Shown: piece by piece, positions 9,746 to 19,992 of the stretch
Numbering within the stretch: the first letter of the stretch is position 1
How the letters are laid out: every line of letters begins with the position of its first letter
Source: an uncultured bacterium
GTDB taxonomy: Bacteria > Abyssobacteria > SURF-5
DNA length: 64,000 bases
Assembly (NCBI GenBank): GCA_964607485.1
Contig: CAZSKP010000009.1
Location: forward strand, 32,001-96,000
Direction of reading: 5' to 3'
The notes under the pieces: model-generated
What the model was told of the DNA's origin: nothing
What the model saw: the letters and a program-made list of their open reading frames with translations, nothing else
The model's database searches: none
Position numbers and translations under genes: made by a program

Positions 9746-11116
9746 TCAAACCTTGATATCGTACTTTTTTATGCGGTATTGCAGCGTTTTGTACGTCATC
9801 CCCACGAGCTTCGACGCTTTCAGAATGTGACCGCCTGTTCTTGCGAGCGCCTCGCAGATGAGCTTCTTTTCTACCTCCTCTATCGAGAGTCCCTCTTCGG
9901 GCAGCCGCACTCCCGGAAGCTGCTCGGCGGCCGCCTGAGGAGCGAGCAGACTCCGGGGCAGGTCGTCCACGGCTATTTTGTCCTTATCCGTCAGAACCAG
10001 CAGCCGTTCGAGCGTGTTCTCAAGCTCCCGCACATTGCCCGGCCAATGGTACGCCACAAACTTGTCGATGACCGCAGAATCGAGGACGGGATATCTTCGC
10101 TGAAACTCTTGCGAGAGCTTCCTCTTAAAAAAGTCGATCAGCGGGGGCACGTCTTCCTTGCGCTCGCGCAGGGGCGGGATATCGACGACTATCACGTTAA
10201 GCCGGAAAAACAGGTCTTCCCGGAAGTTTCCTTTTGCGACCTCGCGCTCCAGGTTCTTGTTCGTGGCGGCGATCACCCGGACATCCACGGAGATCAACTC
10301 GGTCCCGCCGACGCGCTCGATCTTCATTTCCTGCAGCACCCGGAGCAGCTTCGCCTGCAACTCCATCGACATGTCGCCGATCTCGTCCAGGAAGATGGTG
10401 CCTCCGTCGGCGAGCTCGAATTTGCCCTTTTTTGTCTGTATTGCGCCCGTGAAGGCCCCCTTCTCGTGGCCGAACAGCTCGCTTTCTATGAGATTCTCGG
10501 GCACGGCGGCGCAGTTTACCGCAACGAACGGGTTCTTCTTGCGGGGGCCGTTGAAATGAATGCTGCGTGCCACCAATTCCTTGCCCGTCCCGCTTTCGCC
10601 CTGTATCAGGACGGTGCTGTTGACCGGAATAGACCTCTCGATGAGCCTGAAGATTTTTTGCATCTTCTCGCTTGTCCCGACAATGTTGCCAAGATTGAAG
10701 CGGGTTTCCACCAACTCGCGCAGTTCCAAATTCTCCTGCCGGAGCTGTTTGTGCTCGAGAGCCCTCTGAACCGAGACAAGGAGCACCTCTTTGTCGAATG
10801 GCTTTGTGATGTAATCGTGCGCGCCCTGCCGCATCGCCTCGACCGCGCTTTCTATCGAGCCGTATGCGGTCATGACTATTACCTCGGTTTCGGGAGAAAC
10901 CTGCTTGGCCCCCCTCAGCACGTCGATGCCGTTGCCGTCTTCCATTTTGAGGTCGGTGATGATGAGGTCGAGCCTGTCCTTCTCGATCTGCTCGACGGCC
11001 TCGATCGTGCCGGAGGCCTGCGTGACGTCGTACTTTGCCCGACTGAGAACGTCGGAGATGATCTGACGCTGAGCGTCCTCGTCATCCACGACGAGTATCT
11101 TCGCCAGCGCGCTCAC
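9746..11116 (-). CDS. Sigma54-dependent response regulator (NtrC/AtoC/ZraR type: REC-AAA+-HTH)
   Basis: VVDD and DLKM receiver, GESGTGKE, ESELFGHEKGAFTGA, WPGNVRELEN, Fis-type HTH. Confidence 0.95.
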   Translation of the reverse strand: MSALAKILVVDDEDAQRQIISDVLSRAKYDVTQASGTIEAVEQIEKDRLDLIITDLKMEDGNGIDVLRGAKQVSPETEVIVMTAYGSIESAVEAMRQGAHDYITKPFDKEVLLVSVQRALEHKQLRQENLELRELVETRFNLGNIVGTSEKMQKIFRLIERSIPVNSTVLIQGESGTGKELVARSIHFNGPRKKNPFVAVNCAAVPENLIESELFGHEKGAFTGAIQTKKGKFELADGGTIFLDEIGDMSMELQAKLLRVLQEMKIERVGGTELISVDVRVIAATNKNLEREVAKGNFREDLFFRLNVIVVDIPPLRERKEDVPPLIDFFKRKLSQEFQRRYPVLDSAVIDKFVAYHWPGNVRELENTLERLLVLTDKDKIAVDDLPRSLLAPQAAAEQLPGVRLPEEGLSIEEVEKKLICEALARTGGHILKASKLVGMTYKTLQYRIKKYDIKV

Positions 11117-12522
11117 GGTGCTTTCTCCGGAATGGTGACGGTGACGGTGGTGCCCTGTCCTTGCCGGCTTTCGACTTTTATTTCTCCTTCGTGCTTCTCG
11201 ATTATCGTCTTTGTGAGCGAGAGTCCCAGGCCGGTCCCTGAAGACTTCGTGGAGAAATACGGGTCGAAAATCTTGTCGAGCGCTTCGGCGGGGATTCCCT
11301 TGCCCTTGTCCGCAATCGTCAACTTGATCTGCCCATCCGATTCGGCCATGCTCACATCGATGGTTCCGGTCTCGCCGGAGGCCTCCATTGCGTTTATGAG
11401 TATGTTCAGTATGGCTCCTTTCAAGAGCTGGGGATCAACCAAGAAGTCTCTCGGCGCGGCGGGAATGTTCGTCCGCAGGCTCACGCCCCTTCTTTGCGCG
11501 TCCTTTTCGACCAGGTGCGCCGTTTCCTTCAAGAGCTGGTCGACCCTGCAGGGACGCAGTGAGAGTTCGCGCTCCTTGGCCAGCGTGAGGAAATCCCTCA
11601 CGATGTCGTCGAGCCGGTTTACCTCCTTGAGGATGGTATCGGCATATCTGTTGAACGACGCCTCATCGAGGTCGTGCTGGGAGAAGATATCCTTCAGATG
11701 TGAGATGGTGAGCTTGATCCCGTTGAGCGGATTCCCGATTTCGTGTGCGATACCGGCCGTCAGATTGCCCAGTGCAGACAACCGCTGTGTCTGGGCGAGC
11801 TTCTGCTCCATCTTCGCCTTTGTTCTCAACGCCTCGACCATTTCATTGAACTTCATCTCGAGAGTCAAGACCTCGCTGGCGTTGGGCTTAATATCGATCT
11901 CATGAAGGTTGCCCTCGCTTATTTCTTTGCAGGTCTCGGCCATTGCGCGCAACGGGTGCAGAAGCTTGAAAATGAAGTAGCACAGAGCCCCGATGGTGCC
12001 AAGAAACAGGATCAGGAGCGCGACGAGGACTTTGCTCCGAAGCGCCTTCACCAGATGGGTCTGGGGCGCGACGGCAAGCGCGATGCTCACGTAGCCGACC
12101 GGCTCCGAGTCAACCATGATGGGAAAGGTTTGAAAGTATGCGGTTATCTTTCCGCCACCGGCGGGCCGTGCCTCTATAATCTTGGTATCGGGATTGCCGA
12201 ATTCCAGAAGCGGCGTCTCGTCGTGCTGGATGCTTGAGACGACGTTTTTTTCGGAATCGCGGACGATTATCGCATCGACGCCGCTGGGCGTCTCCAGGTC
12301 GGAGAGACTCTTTTTGAGAACCTCTCGGCGCGGCTCCGCCACTTCCAGATTCTCGAGGTGAACTTGAAAGTGACGCACTACCTGTGAGCTCTTCTCTTCC
12401 ATCTCTGAGAGGATGCTCTGCTGGTAGCGGAAAAGGACGCCGACTACACTTCCGACGAGGCAGAACGTGAGTACGATGCAACACAGGATGATCTTGAATA
12501 CCAGAGATTTATACCACTTCAT
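11113..12522 (-). CDS. Membrane sensor histidine kinase (2 TM, HAMP, HisKA, HATPase)
   Basis: Two hydrophobic segments, AHEIGNPL H-box, NAMEA, DKGKG, GTGLGL; start 12522 (ATG) or 12552 (GTG). Confidence 0.92.
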   Translation of the reverse strand: MKWYKSLVFKIILCCIVLTFCLVGSVVGVLFRYQQSILSEMEEKSSQVVRHFQVHLENLEVAEPRREVLKKSLSDLETPSGVDAIIVRDSEKNVVSSIQHDETPLLEFGNPDTKIIEARPAGGGKITAYFQTFPIMVDSEPVGYVSIALAVAPQTHLVKALRSKVLVALLILFLGTIGALCYFIFKLLHPLRAMAETCKEISEGNLHEIDIKPNASEVLTLEMKFNEMVEALRTKAKMEQKLAQTQRLSALGNLTAGIAHEIGNPLNGIKLTISHLKDIFSQHDLDEASFNRYADTILKEVNRLDDIVRDFLTLAKERELSLRPCRVDQLLKETAHLVEKDAQRRGVSLRTNIPAAPRDFLVDPQLLKGAILNILINAMEASGETGTIDVSMAESDGQIKLTIADKGKGIPAEALDKIFDPYFSTKSSGTGLGLSLTKTIIEKHEGEIKVESRQGQGTTVTVTIPEKAP

Positions 12523-12557
12523 CTGAGTTCTTTTCGGGCGGGGACACTCCACCTCTT

Positions 12558-12587
12558 AGTATACCCCCTGCGGGTCATTTCTGTCAA
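12558..12587 (-). promoter_or_regulatory. Sigma70-type promoter for the HK-RR pair
   Basis: TTGACA-18nt-TATACT on minus strand. Confidence 0.6.
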
Positions 12588-12843
12588 TTCACCCGCAACC
12601 CCGAGATGCAAGACCCGGCGGGTCCATGACATAGGGGTATGCCGATGTTTCTCACTCTCTCAATTACACACACGCCGCCGGTAAAGTCGGGCTCGGCGGG
12701 AAAAAGACGAGGTTTTGTAAGGTCACGCCCCACCGACCGCGATGGCCGGTCGAGCGGATAGAAATGCGCCGCACATCTGCAGGCCGCGGCCCGCCCGGGC
12801 GGCTGAATCCACCCGCATTCCATGGAGTTGTGGTTGACGGAGA

Positions 12844-13242
12844 TCAGGCACGTGAAATGCGGCGAGAGTTGCCGTATGTCTCGAGCGCCTTCCTTGCAAC
12901 GCTCAAGATCTCCTGTCCCTTGACGGGTTTGTTGATGTATTCGAACGCACCCAGATTCATCAGGTCCATGTACGATTCGACCTCGCCGTAGGCGGTGATG
13001 AAGATGACGGGTACTTTCATCTTCTTCCGCTTGATTTCCTCCATCAACTCCATTCCGTTCAGGTTGGGCATTCTCAGGTCGGAGATGACGAGGTCAAACA
13101 CATCTTCCGAGAGCGCTTCGAGGGCTTCACGTCCGTCGGCGGCAACGGTCACGTCGTAGCCCGACTTCTCGAACATCTTCTTCATCGCCTTACGGAACTC
13201 TTGGTCGTCGTCCACGAGGAGTATCGACTGCTTATCGTTCAT
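12844..13242 (-). CDS. Single-domain response regulator
   Basis: LVDDD, DLRMP, ITAY, NKP; AAGGAG SD 8 nt upstream of ATG 13242. Confidence 0.92.
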   Translation of the reverse strand: MNDKQSILLVDDDQEFRKAMKKMFEKSGYDVTVAADGREALEALSEDVFDLVISDLRMPNLNGMELMEEIKRKKMKVPVIFITAYGEVESYMDLMNLGAFEYINKPVKGQEILSVARKALETYGNSRRISRA

Positions 13243-13275
13243 CGACATCACTCCTTTTCTCCTAATTATAACCAG

Positions 13276-14829
13276 TCAATCCTCAAGTGGCAACTTGAGA
13301 AGGAAAGAGGCGCCTTCTCCAGGCTCTGAGTAGAACTCGATGGAGCCGCCGTGGGCGCCGATGATATCGCGCGCTATCGGAAGGCCCAAGCCGGTGCCCG
13401 CCGACTTGGTGCTGAAGAACGGCTCGAACAATTTCTCGGCGTCAACGCGCCGGATGCCCGGGCCGGTATCCGAGATGACTATCTCCGCCCAATCGTCCGA
13501 AGCGGCCGTGACCGTCTTTATCCTGCCGCCATCCGGCATGGCCTCTGCGGAATTCTTATACAGGTTCAAAATCGCTTCCTTTATCCGCTCTGTGTCGAAA
13601 TATATGTTGGGCAGCCTGTCCGAAAAAACGTTCACAAACGCAATTTTTCGGGATTCCATCTCCTTGCGCATGAAATCCTGCAGCTCTCTCAGCGTCCGGT
13701 GCAGACACTGTCGGCGAAACTGCATCTTCGGGATGCGGGTGTAGTCGAGGTATTCTCCCGTGATGCGCTCGAGCCGCTCGACCTCCTTCATTACCGACTT
13801 AATGAGTTCCCCCACCTCGCTGCTGATTCCGCTCTCGGCAATCTGCTCCAGCTCGCATTCCAGCATCTCGATATTGAGCCGGATCGATGCGAGCGGGTTC
13901 TTCACCTCGTGGGCGATCCCAGCCGTCATCCGCCCGACAACAGCCAATTTCTCGGCGTGCAGCTCGTTGGCCTGAAGCCGCCTGAGCTCGGTCGTGTCCC
14001 TTATGACGGCCGACTTGCCGGTGGGCTTGCCCGTCTCGTCGCGCATAAGCGTCCATGTCACGTCGAGATACAGCTTTCGGCCCGTCTTGTCAAGGGCGGG
14101 CATTTCACAACTTCTAAGCGACCCGCTCTCGCCTATGCGCTCGCGGATGTTCTTCAACACCTTCCGGTGGGTACGCTGATCCGGCACAATCAAGGACAAA
14201 CCCCGGCCGATCGCCTCATGCTCGTCGTATCCGAAGATGGCCTGGGCCCCGCGGTTCCAGCTTCGGATACGCCCGCGATTGTCAAAACCTATGATCGCAT
14301 CGGCGGAATTGGTCGCGAGGTTGGCAAGATAATTGGCCTCGTGCCTCAGCTTCCGCTCCAGGTTCTTCTCCCTGGTGACATCCCGCAGAACGCCGACTAC
14401 TCCCGCAACCCGGCCCTGGCGGTTCTTCAAGAGCTTCGCCGTGAGCAGACACTGCAGTTTCCTTCCATCTTTCGCTTTCACCGTCACTTCGCGGTCGTCC
14501 ACGTGCTCCGATGTCGTAAGTTCGTTCAGGATCCCCTCAATATCGCCTCTCAGGATAAATTCGGCCGCAGGATGACCAACGGTATCCTCGTGGCAATAGC
14601 CGAGCAGTTTTTCCATGGTGGCGCTGTGGCTGGTGATGACTCCGCGGGCATCGGTCAAAAGAACCGCAATATCGGGAAGCTCTTCCACAAGACGGTCGAG
14701 AACCTCGCGTTCCGCCAAGGCAGGGGCGGGTGATTCGGCGTGGCGGGAACGGCCGGAGAGGGAGCCCAATCCTTTCGTGACGTTCCTCCGGCCCCCCGAG
14801 TCATTGCTGTTGCGAGGCAAGTCCGCCAT
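13276..14829 (-). CDS. Cytoplasmic PAS-PAS sensor histidine kinase
   Basis: Two PAS/PAC repeats (ending RDVT, RDTT), AHEVKNPL, DTGPG, GTGLGL; GGAG SD before ATG 14829. Confidence 0.92.
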   Translation of the reverse strand: MADLPRNSNDSGGRRNVTKGLGSLSGRSRHAESPAPALAEREVLDRLVEELPDIAVLLTDARGVITSHSATMEKLLGYCHEDTVGHPAAEFILRGDIEGILNELTTSEHVDDREVTVKAKDGRKLQCLLTAKLLKNRQGRVAGVVGVLRDVTREKNLERKLRHEANYLANLATNSADAIIGFDNRGRIRSWNRGAQAIFGYDEHEAIGRGLSLIVPDQRTHRKVLKNIRERIGESGSLRSCEMPALDKTGRKLYLDVTWTLMRDETGKPTGKSAVIRDTTELRRLQANELHAEKLAVVGRMTAGIAHEVKNPLASIRLNIEMLECELEQIAESGISSEVGELIKSVMKEVERLERITGEYLDYTRIPKMQFRRQCLHRTLRELQDFMRKEMESRKIAFVNVFSDRLPNIYFDTERIKEAILNLYKNSAEAMPDGGRIKTVTAASDDWAEIVISDTGPGIRRVDAEKLFEPFFSTKSAGTGLGLPIARDIIGAHGGSIEFYSEPGEGASFLLKLPLED

Positions 14830-14895
14830 GCGCTGTACTCCGGGGAACGTGGGGAAAAAGTTGGCCGCCTCGAAAAATAGGAAAAGTGCATAATT

Positions 14896-14923
14896 ATTAT
14901 ACCACCAAATCGTTTGCTGTGAA
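14896..14923 (-). promoter_or_regulatory. Sigma70-type promoter with extended -10
   Basis: TTCACA-16nt-TATAAT with TGG directly before -10, in AT-rich intergenic DNA. Confidence 0.55.
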
Positions 14924-15099
14924 GTAGATATTTTGAAGAAATCTCTTTTTTTTCTTGCGAAACGCATCGGGCCTTTCCCCAAAGGTTAACATCTGAACCC
15001 AAAAGATAATTGGCGCGATAGAGAGTCTTGAAAGGTGGTTCCTGAATGGAAACTGAACGGCAGCCGAGGCGACGAGCGGCGATAAGTCGAGCGGCGGGT

Positions 15100-15423
15100 T
15101 TACGCGACGTGCGGGCTGGGCCTGTCGAATTGGATGGTCACAGCGCTTCCGAGTTCAATCATGTCGCCGTGTCGGAGCTTCGTCTCTTCGCTTATCGGCG
15201 TTCCGTTCACCGATGTCCCGTTCATGCTCTGAAGGTCGCATATGTAGTATGCGTCGTCCCTCTTCACGATGCGCGCGTGAGAGCGCGAGACCCCCTCGGA
15301 CGCTATCTGCATATCGTTCGAGGGAGCGCGACCGAGCGAAACGGTGTTGGAGACGATGCAACAGGTTTGCGAAGCTAGGCCCTTGATAACAATAAGCTTA
15401 GGGACTGCGGACGCGTCATCCAA
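15100..15423 (-). CDS. Stand-alone FHA domain protein
   Basis: LGR, VSRSHA, DLQSMNGTSVNG motifs. Confidence 0.85.
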   Translation of the reverse strand: MDDASAVPKLIVIKGLASQTCCIVSNTVSLGRAPSNDMQIASEGVSRSHARIVKRDDAYYICDLQSMNGTSVNGTPISEETKLRHGDMIELGSAVTIQFDRPSPHVA

Positions 15424-15454
15424 GGCGGGCTTCCCCCATCTGCCGATGCCGGCG

Positions 15455-15730
15455 TCAACCGCCTGCGATTGCGGAAAGGACGGAGATTTCGTCGCCCTCG
15501 CTCAGGCGTTCGTCGAGCCTTTCCGGGATATCCAGGCGGTCTCCGTTCAGGAGAAACGTGGCTCTCCCCTGCTTCACCAGTCCTTTGAAAAATCTTCTGC
15601 CGAGCGCCTTCTTCTTGTCCAGACGCGCGAAAACTTTCTTGGGCGTGTCGTTCTCGATATAGGGTTCCTCGAACGTCCGGTTCAACGGGCTTCCGAGGAA
15701 CACTCCCGTAACCTTCACTCGAATCGCCAT
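15455..15730 (-). CDS. MoaD/ThiS family ubiquitin-like protein
   Basis: LLNG, GDEISVL, C-terminal AGG; follows AOR gene. Confidence 0.85.
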   Translation of the reverse strand: MAIRVKVTGVFLGSPLNRTFEEPYIENDTPKKVFARLDKKKALGRRFFKGLVKQGRATFLLNGDRLDIPERLDERLSEGDEISVLSAIAGG

Positions 15731-15785
15731 CTCATCCCTGCCGGCCTATCAGTTCCACGCGCGGCATTCGTTCGACTCGAAGCGC

Positions 15786-17783
15786 TCAATCTCCGTACAA
15801 GTCCCTGATCGGGCCGAGCAGGCCAAGAGCCTCAAGCCGCTCCCTCTTGGGAACGCCCGTTTCGTAGTCCCAGCCGAGCTTGTCGTAGTATCGCGACGCC
15901 ATCTTGTCGAGGTCGAGCGTGATATTCGCCAGAGGCCCCTTGCTCAGAGGAGGATAGCCGCCGGCCCTGTTCCTTATCTGCGTGTCGGCGGGCTTTATGC
16001 CCTCGCGGACGTTGAAGCAATGTCTGAGGGTGAGTATCCTCTCTCCGATTCTGAGGGCTTCGTGCGCGTCGATGCTCCAGCCGGTCACCGCGTTTATCAT
16101 CTCGAACAGCGGGTATTCGCCCACGAGCAGCCCGAACATGCAGACGCCGGCGCTGTTGGCGACCTGGACGAACGCGCTGTTGATGGTCTGGAACTCGCCC
16201 GCCTTGTCATAGTTGTACTTCGACGATTTCAGCGATACCTGCTTGACGGGTTTGACTTGCTTGAACTTCTTGTGAAGCTCCATCAGCATGACGTACGTGT
16301 CGGAGGAAATGGTGTGCCGGCCGGGGGTCGGCTCCACCTCGTATGCGGTGCCGAAGGTGGGGTCGAACCGCGGATCGTGCATCGGCAGCTCCTGGCCGCC
16401 CGCATGGACGGCGAACTTCTCGGAGCCCTTCCCTATCTTTTCCGCCGCACGCTTGACGCCGTCGGCCAGAACGTCGCCGAAGCCCGACCGCGCCGCCAGT
16501 TTCTCGGTCATCTTGACGATGGCGTCGGCGTTGCCCCAGGTCAGCTTCAGGCCGTCCGTGTCCTCGTCGGTTAATAGTCCGTTCTCGTAACATTCGATGG
16601 CAAAAGCGATCGTCGCGCCGGCCGAGATGGTGTCCAGCCCGGCTCGGTTGCATATCTCGTTGGCCGCGATAATCGATTCGAGGTCGTCGTTCAGGCACAT
16701 CGTCCCGAACGCAGCAAGGGTTTCATACTCGGGCTTGTGGCTTTCCTCAAGGGCATACTTGCCCTCCTTCACCTTGACGATGCCGCCGCAGCCGAGCGGA
16801 CAGAACGCGCAGTAGTACTTCTTCTCCTGATACTTTATGAGATTCTCGTCGCTGATCTTGTACGATTTGGCGCTGACGGGAAAATCGTGGTGACCGCTTC
16901 CGCCCCAGTTTTTCACGGGTGAGTCGCCGCTTTCTGCCGAGTAGGCCGTCATGCCGCCCGTGCCGTAGCGCATGATGAGTTCCTTGTACGTCGCCGGCGG
17001 CGTGGCGAAGAGGAACGGGAAATAGCTGCGCACGAGCTTTCCCATGAGGTTGATGTTGTCAACCGATGCCTTGTCTTTGAACGGCGGCTTCTTTCGGAAT
17101 TTCTCCAGGTAACTCTTGCGTATCTTCGAGAACGCATCCGGGTCGGCCAGTTCGGTCTTCTTGTCGCCGAAAGCCGCAATGGCCTTGAGCCGCTTCGAGC
17201 CCATGACCGCGCCCAGGCCCGAGCGTCCTGCCGCCCTGCCCCTGTCGGTTATCACTCCCGATATAAGCGAGAGCTTCTCGCCCGCGGGACCGATGCAGGC
17301 GATCTGGTACTTCTTGTTGCCCAATTTCTCGCGGATAAGGACCTCGGTCTCGACGCAATCTTTTCCCCAGACGAACGACGCGTCCACAAGCTCGGCCTTG
17401 CCCTCGTTGATGACGAGCATCACGGGCTTTTCGGAAATGCCCTTCACAAAGACGGCGTCGTAGCCCGTGCGCTTGAGCATCGGCGAGAAATAGCCGCCCG
17501 AGTTGGAGTCACCCCATGTGCCCGTGAGCGGCGATTTGCCGACGACCATGTACCTGCCCGTGAACGGAGCTCCCGTGCCCGTCAAAAGGCCGGTCGTGAA
17601 GCCGATGACCGCGTCGGGGCCGAGCGGGTCGGTCTTGGCGGGCTGGCGGTCGTACACGATTTTCGCGCCCAGCCCGTAGCCGCAGAGAAAGTCGCGATAG
17701 GTGAGTTCGTCTATTTCCTCATCCCATATCTTGCCCGTGCTCAGGTCGGCCCACAGCACCTTTCCCATATATCCGGAAGGCAT
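15786..17783 (-). CDS. aor: Aldehyde:ferredoxin oxidoreductase family (W/Mo bis-pterin)
   Basis: KSPLTG, SGGYF, AGRSGLGAVMGSKRLKAI, CAFCPLGC, PEYET, GLDTIS, HDPR. Confidence 0.92.
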   Translation of the reverse strand: MPSGYMGKVLWADLSTGKIWDEEIDELTYRDFLCGYGLGAKIVYDRQPAKTDPLGPDAVIGFTTGLLTGTGAPFTGRYMVVGKSPLTGTWGDSNSGGYFSPMLKRTGYDAVFVKGISEKPVMLVINEGKAELVDASFVWGKDCVETEVLIREKLGNKKYQIACIGPAGEKLSLISGVITDRGRAAGRSGLGAVMGSKRLKAIAAFGDKKTELADPDAFSKIRKSYLEKFRKKPPFKDKASVDNINLMGKLVRSYFPFLFATPPATYKELIMRYGTGGMTAYSAESGDSPVKNWGGSGHHDFPVSAKSYKISDENLIKYQEKKYYCAFCPLGCGGIVKVKEGKYALEESHKPEYETLAAFGTMCLNDDLESIIAANEICNRAGLDTISAGATIAFAIECYENGLLTDEDTDGLKLTWGNADAIVKMTEKLAARSGFGDVLADGVKRAAEKIGKGSEKFAVHAGGQELPMHDPRFDPTFGTAYEVEPTPGRHTISSDTYVMLMELHKKFKQVKPVKQVSLKSSKYNYDKAGEFQTINSAFVQVANSAGVCMFGLLVGEYPLFEMINAVTGWSIDAHEALRIGERILTLRHCFNVREGIKPADTQIRNRAGGYPPLSKGPLANITLDLDKMASRYYDKLGWDYETGVPKRERLEALGLLGPIRDLYGD

Positions 17784-17931
17784 GAACGGCTCCTTTCATA
17801 GCGTTGCGCGAACAGTACCCAATGCAGCCATTATAGCATGTTTATTGGAGAGCTTAAGAGTCCTCGCACCTAAATCGTAAGTCCAATATAGATAGTTAGT
17901 TATAGGGAAAAGTTGGCTGTGTCCCCATTTA

Positions 17932-18681
17932 TTATTCTTGGCCACGTCTAGGCAAATCTTCCAGAGATAGAACGGGACACTTCCGCTTACCCAGATTGGC
18001 CAAAGTTTCTGCCAACTCTGTTGCCTCTAGATTCCTACCATGTAGTTCATAGAACCTGAGCAAGTCATTTCTGGCAGCAATAGAAGGCAGAGATACACAC
18101 CCCTTCTCATTTGTGATGCGATCAGCAACCGAAATGCTCTTATGGTAACACGCCTCGGCACTTTCCAGGTCCCATAAGATCACGTACAAGTCGGCTGCCA
18201 ATATATAACTCGAATAACTTAAGCGCCAATTTTCATATTCTTCGTAAATTTCTGCGGCCTCTACAAAAGCGTTCGCCGCATTCTTAAGTCGCAAATGGCC
18301 ACAATCAGCAGCAATATGGCCCAACTTATTGTCTAGCTCGGCGCGTAGTTCTGGGGAATCGCTCTCACTTAGCCTGCTGATACTCCTTTCAAGCAAATCT
18401 ATGGCATCATCATATCTGCCAAGTGAATATAGTTTGTCGGCCTCGGCGATAGTTTTCACCGAGAACTGTTCCAAACACTCTTGGCGAGCACTTCTCTCAA
18501 AGAATTCATCCGATTTCTCGCAAATTTCTTCGCCATACTCCTCCTGGCTATCATCAGCTGAGACTTTTGGCTGCCAGAAGACGCATACCAACACAGCTAT
18601 CCAAAGAGCCCAAACCACGCCTCTTTTGGTTGATGTAGTTGATGGGGTCAAATCTTTAGCCTTGCATGTCGAGCTTATCAA
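17932..18681 (-). CDS. Low-GC TPR-like helical-repeat protein, probably exported
   Basis: Hydrophobic N-terminal segment ending VSA-DD; repeats such as LGRYDDAIDLLERSI and DLESAEACYHKSI; start uncertain. Confidence 0.6.
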   Translation of the reverse strand: MISSTCKAKDLTPSTTSTKRGVVWALWIAVLVCVFWQPKVSADDSQEEYGEEICEKSDEFFERSARQECLEQFSVKTIAEADKLYSLGRYDDAIDLLERSISRLSESDSPELRAELDNKLGHIAADCGHLRLKNAANAFVEAAEIYEEYENWRLSYSSYILAADLYVILWDLESAEACYHKSISVADRITNEKGCVSLPSIAARNDLLRFYELHGRNLEATELAETLANLGKRKCPVLSLEDLPRRGQE

Positions 18682-18757
18682 CGAATTTTGGCTATCGCAG
18701 GTTAACCAATTCTAGCATGGGCACAAGGTGCTGTCAATCGCAGTAGCCGTGCCTCGT

Positions 18758-19990
18758 TCAGTCGAAAATTTCCATTGTCTCGAGCTTGTTCTTGAGAATC
18801 TGGAGGAAGCGGGCGGCGGGAGCGCCGTCAACGACGCGGTGGTCGAATGAGAGCGAGAGTTTCATGATAAGAGCGACCTCGATTTTGTCGTCTTTGACGA
18901 CCGGCTTCTTCACAATCGAGCCGACGCCTATTATCGCCGCCTCGGGAAGGTTGACGATGGGGGTGAAACAATCGATGTCGTATGCGCCGAGGTTCGATAC
19001 GGTGATGCTGCTGCCGGTGACATCGTCCACCTGCAAACGGCCCGCACGAGCCTTCTCGATGAGCGCCGCCGAGTCCCGGGCGATGGCCTGCAAATCTTTC
19101 TTGTCGGCGTCCTTTATCGAAACGGTGATGAGTCCGTCGTCGAGGGCGACCGCGAGCCCGATATTGACGTCGGCATGCTTGCGGAGCTTGTCGCCTTCGA
19201 GCGAGACGTTGAGCTTCGGATACTCACGCATTGCCGACGCGGTCGCCTTTACGAGAATCGTGTTGAACGAGAGGTCGGCGCCGGCGTCGCGCTTGAAGGA
19301 TTCCCTGTGCTCTTGCCGGTAGCCGACGGCGCGGGTCATGTCCACCTCGGCGAAATGGACAACGCGCGCGACCGTGCGGGCGCTGCGGGCCATGTTGTCG
19401 CCTATCGAGCGGCGCATCTTGCCCACTGGCACGCTCTCGCCGGGGCGACCCTCGATGACGAAGCCCTTCGGGACGCCTTCGGCCCCGGCCTTCGCCTCTT
19501 CAACGGCGCGGAGCACATCCTCGCGGACAATCCTTCCGTCCGGGCCGGTTCCCTTGATAAGCGACAAATCTATCCCGTGCTCTTTGGCCAGTCTCCTCGC
19601 GGCGGGGGACACCTTGACCTCGGCCTCGGCTCTCTCCTCCTCCGGCTCCGAGGCGGCCTCCTTCAGGGCCTGTTTCTCTTCCCACTGCTCGCGCGTCATA
19701 GCGACGGCCCTCGTCTCGGCAATTATCTCATCGAGGTTCGGTATTTCCTCAGCGGGTTCCGCGATGACGGCGATCGTCTTGCCGCAGGGTATTACCTCGC
19801 CTTCGACGGCGATAATTTTGCGGACCACGCCGGATGCGGGCGACTCGATCAGCGTGGTCACCTTGTCCGACTCGATTTCGAGAAGGTCCTCGCCCTTCTC
19901 GACGCGTTCGCCTTCGTCCTTGTGCCAGAGCACCACGAGCCCCTCTCTCATCACGAGGCCCAGCTTCGGCATCACAACCTTTGTCGCCAT
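18758..19990 (-). CDS. Dihydrolipoamide acyltransferase (E2)
   Basis: Lipoyl domain ESDKV, E3-binding SPAARRLA...GTGPDGRI, catalytic DHRVVDG; start MATKVVMPKLG. Confidence 0.93.
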   Translation of the reverse strand: MATKVVMPKLGLVMREGLVVLWHKDEGERVEKGEDLLEIESDKVTTLIESPASGVVRKIIAVEGEVIPCGKTIAVIAEPAEEIPNLDEIIAETRAVAMTREQWEEKQALKEAASEPEEERAEAEVKVSPAARRLAKEHGIDLSLIKGTGPDGRIVREDVLRAVEEAKAGAEGVPKGFVIEGRPGESVPVGKMRRSIGDNMARSARTVARVVHFAEVDMTRAVGYRQEHRESFKRDAGADLSFNTILVKATASAMREYPKLNVSLEGDKLRKHADVNIGLAVALDDGLITVSIKDADKKDLQAIARDSAALIEKARAGRLQVDDVTGSSITVSNLGAYDIDCFTPIVNLPEAAIIGVGSIVKKPVVKDDKIEVALIMKLSLSFDHRVVDGAPAARFLQILKNKLETMEIFD

Positions 19991-19992
19991 TC

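Noticed and set aside
9665-11905. 746-aa plus-strand ORF
   Set aside because: Antisense to the sigma54 regulator and kinase; typical shadow ORF.
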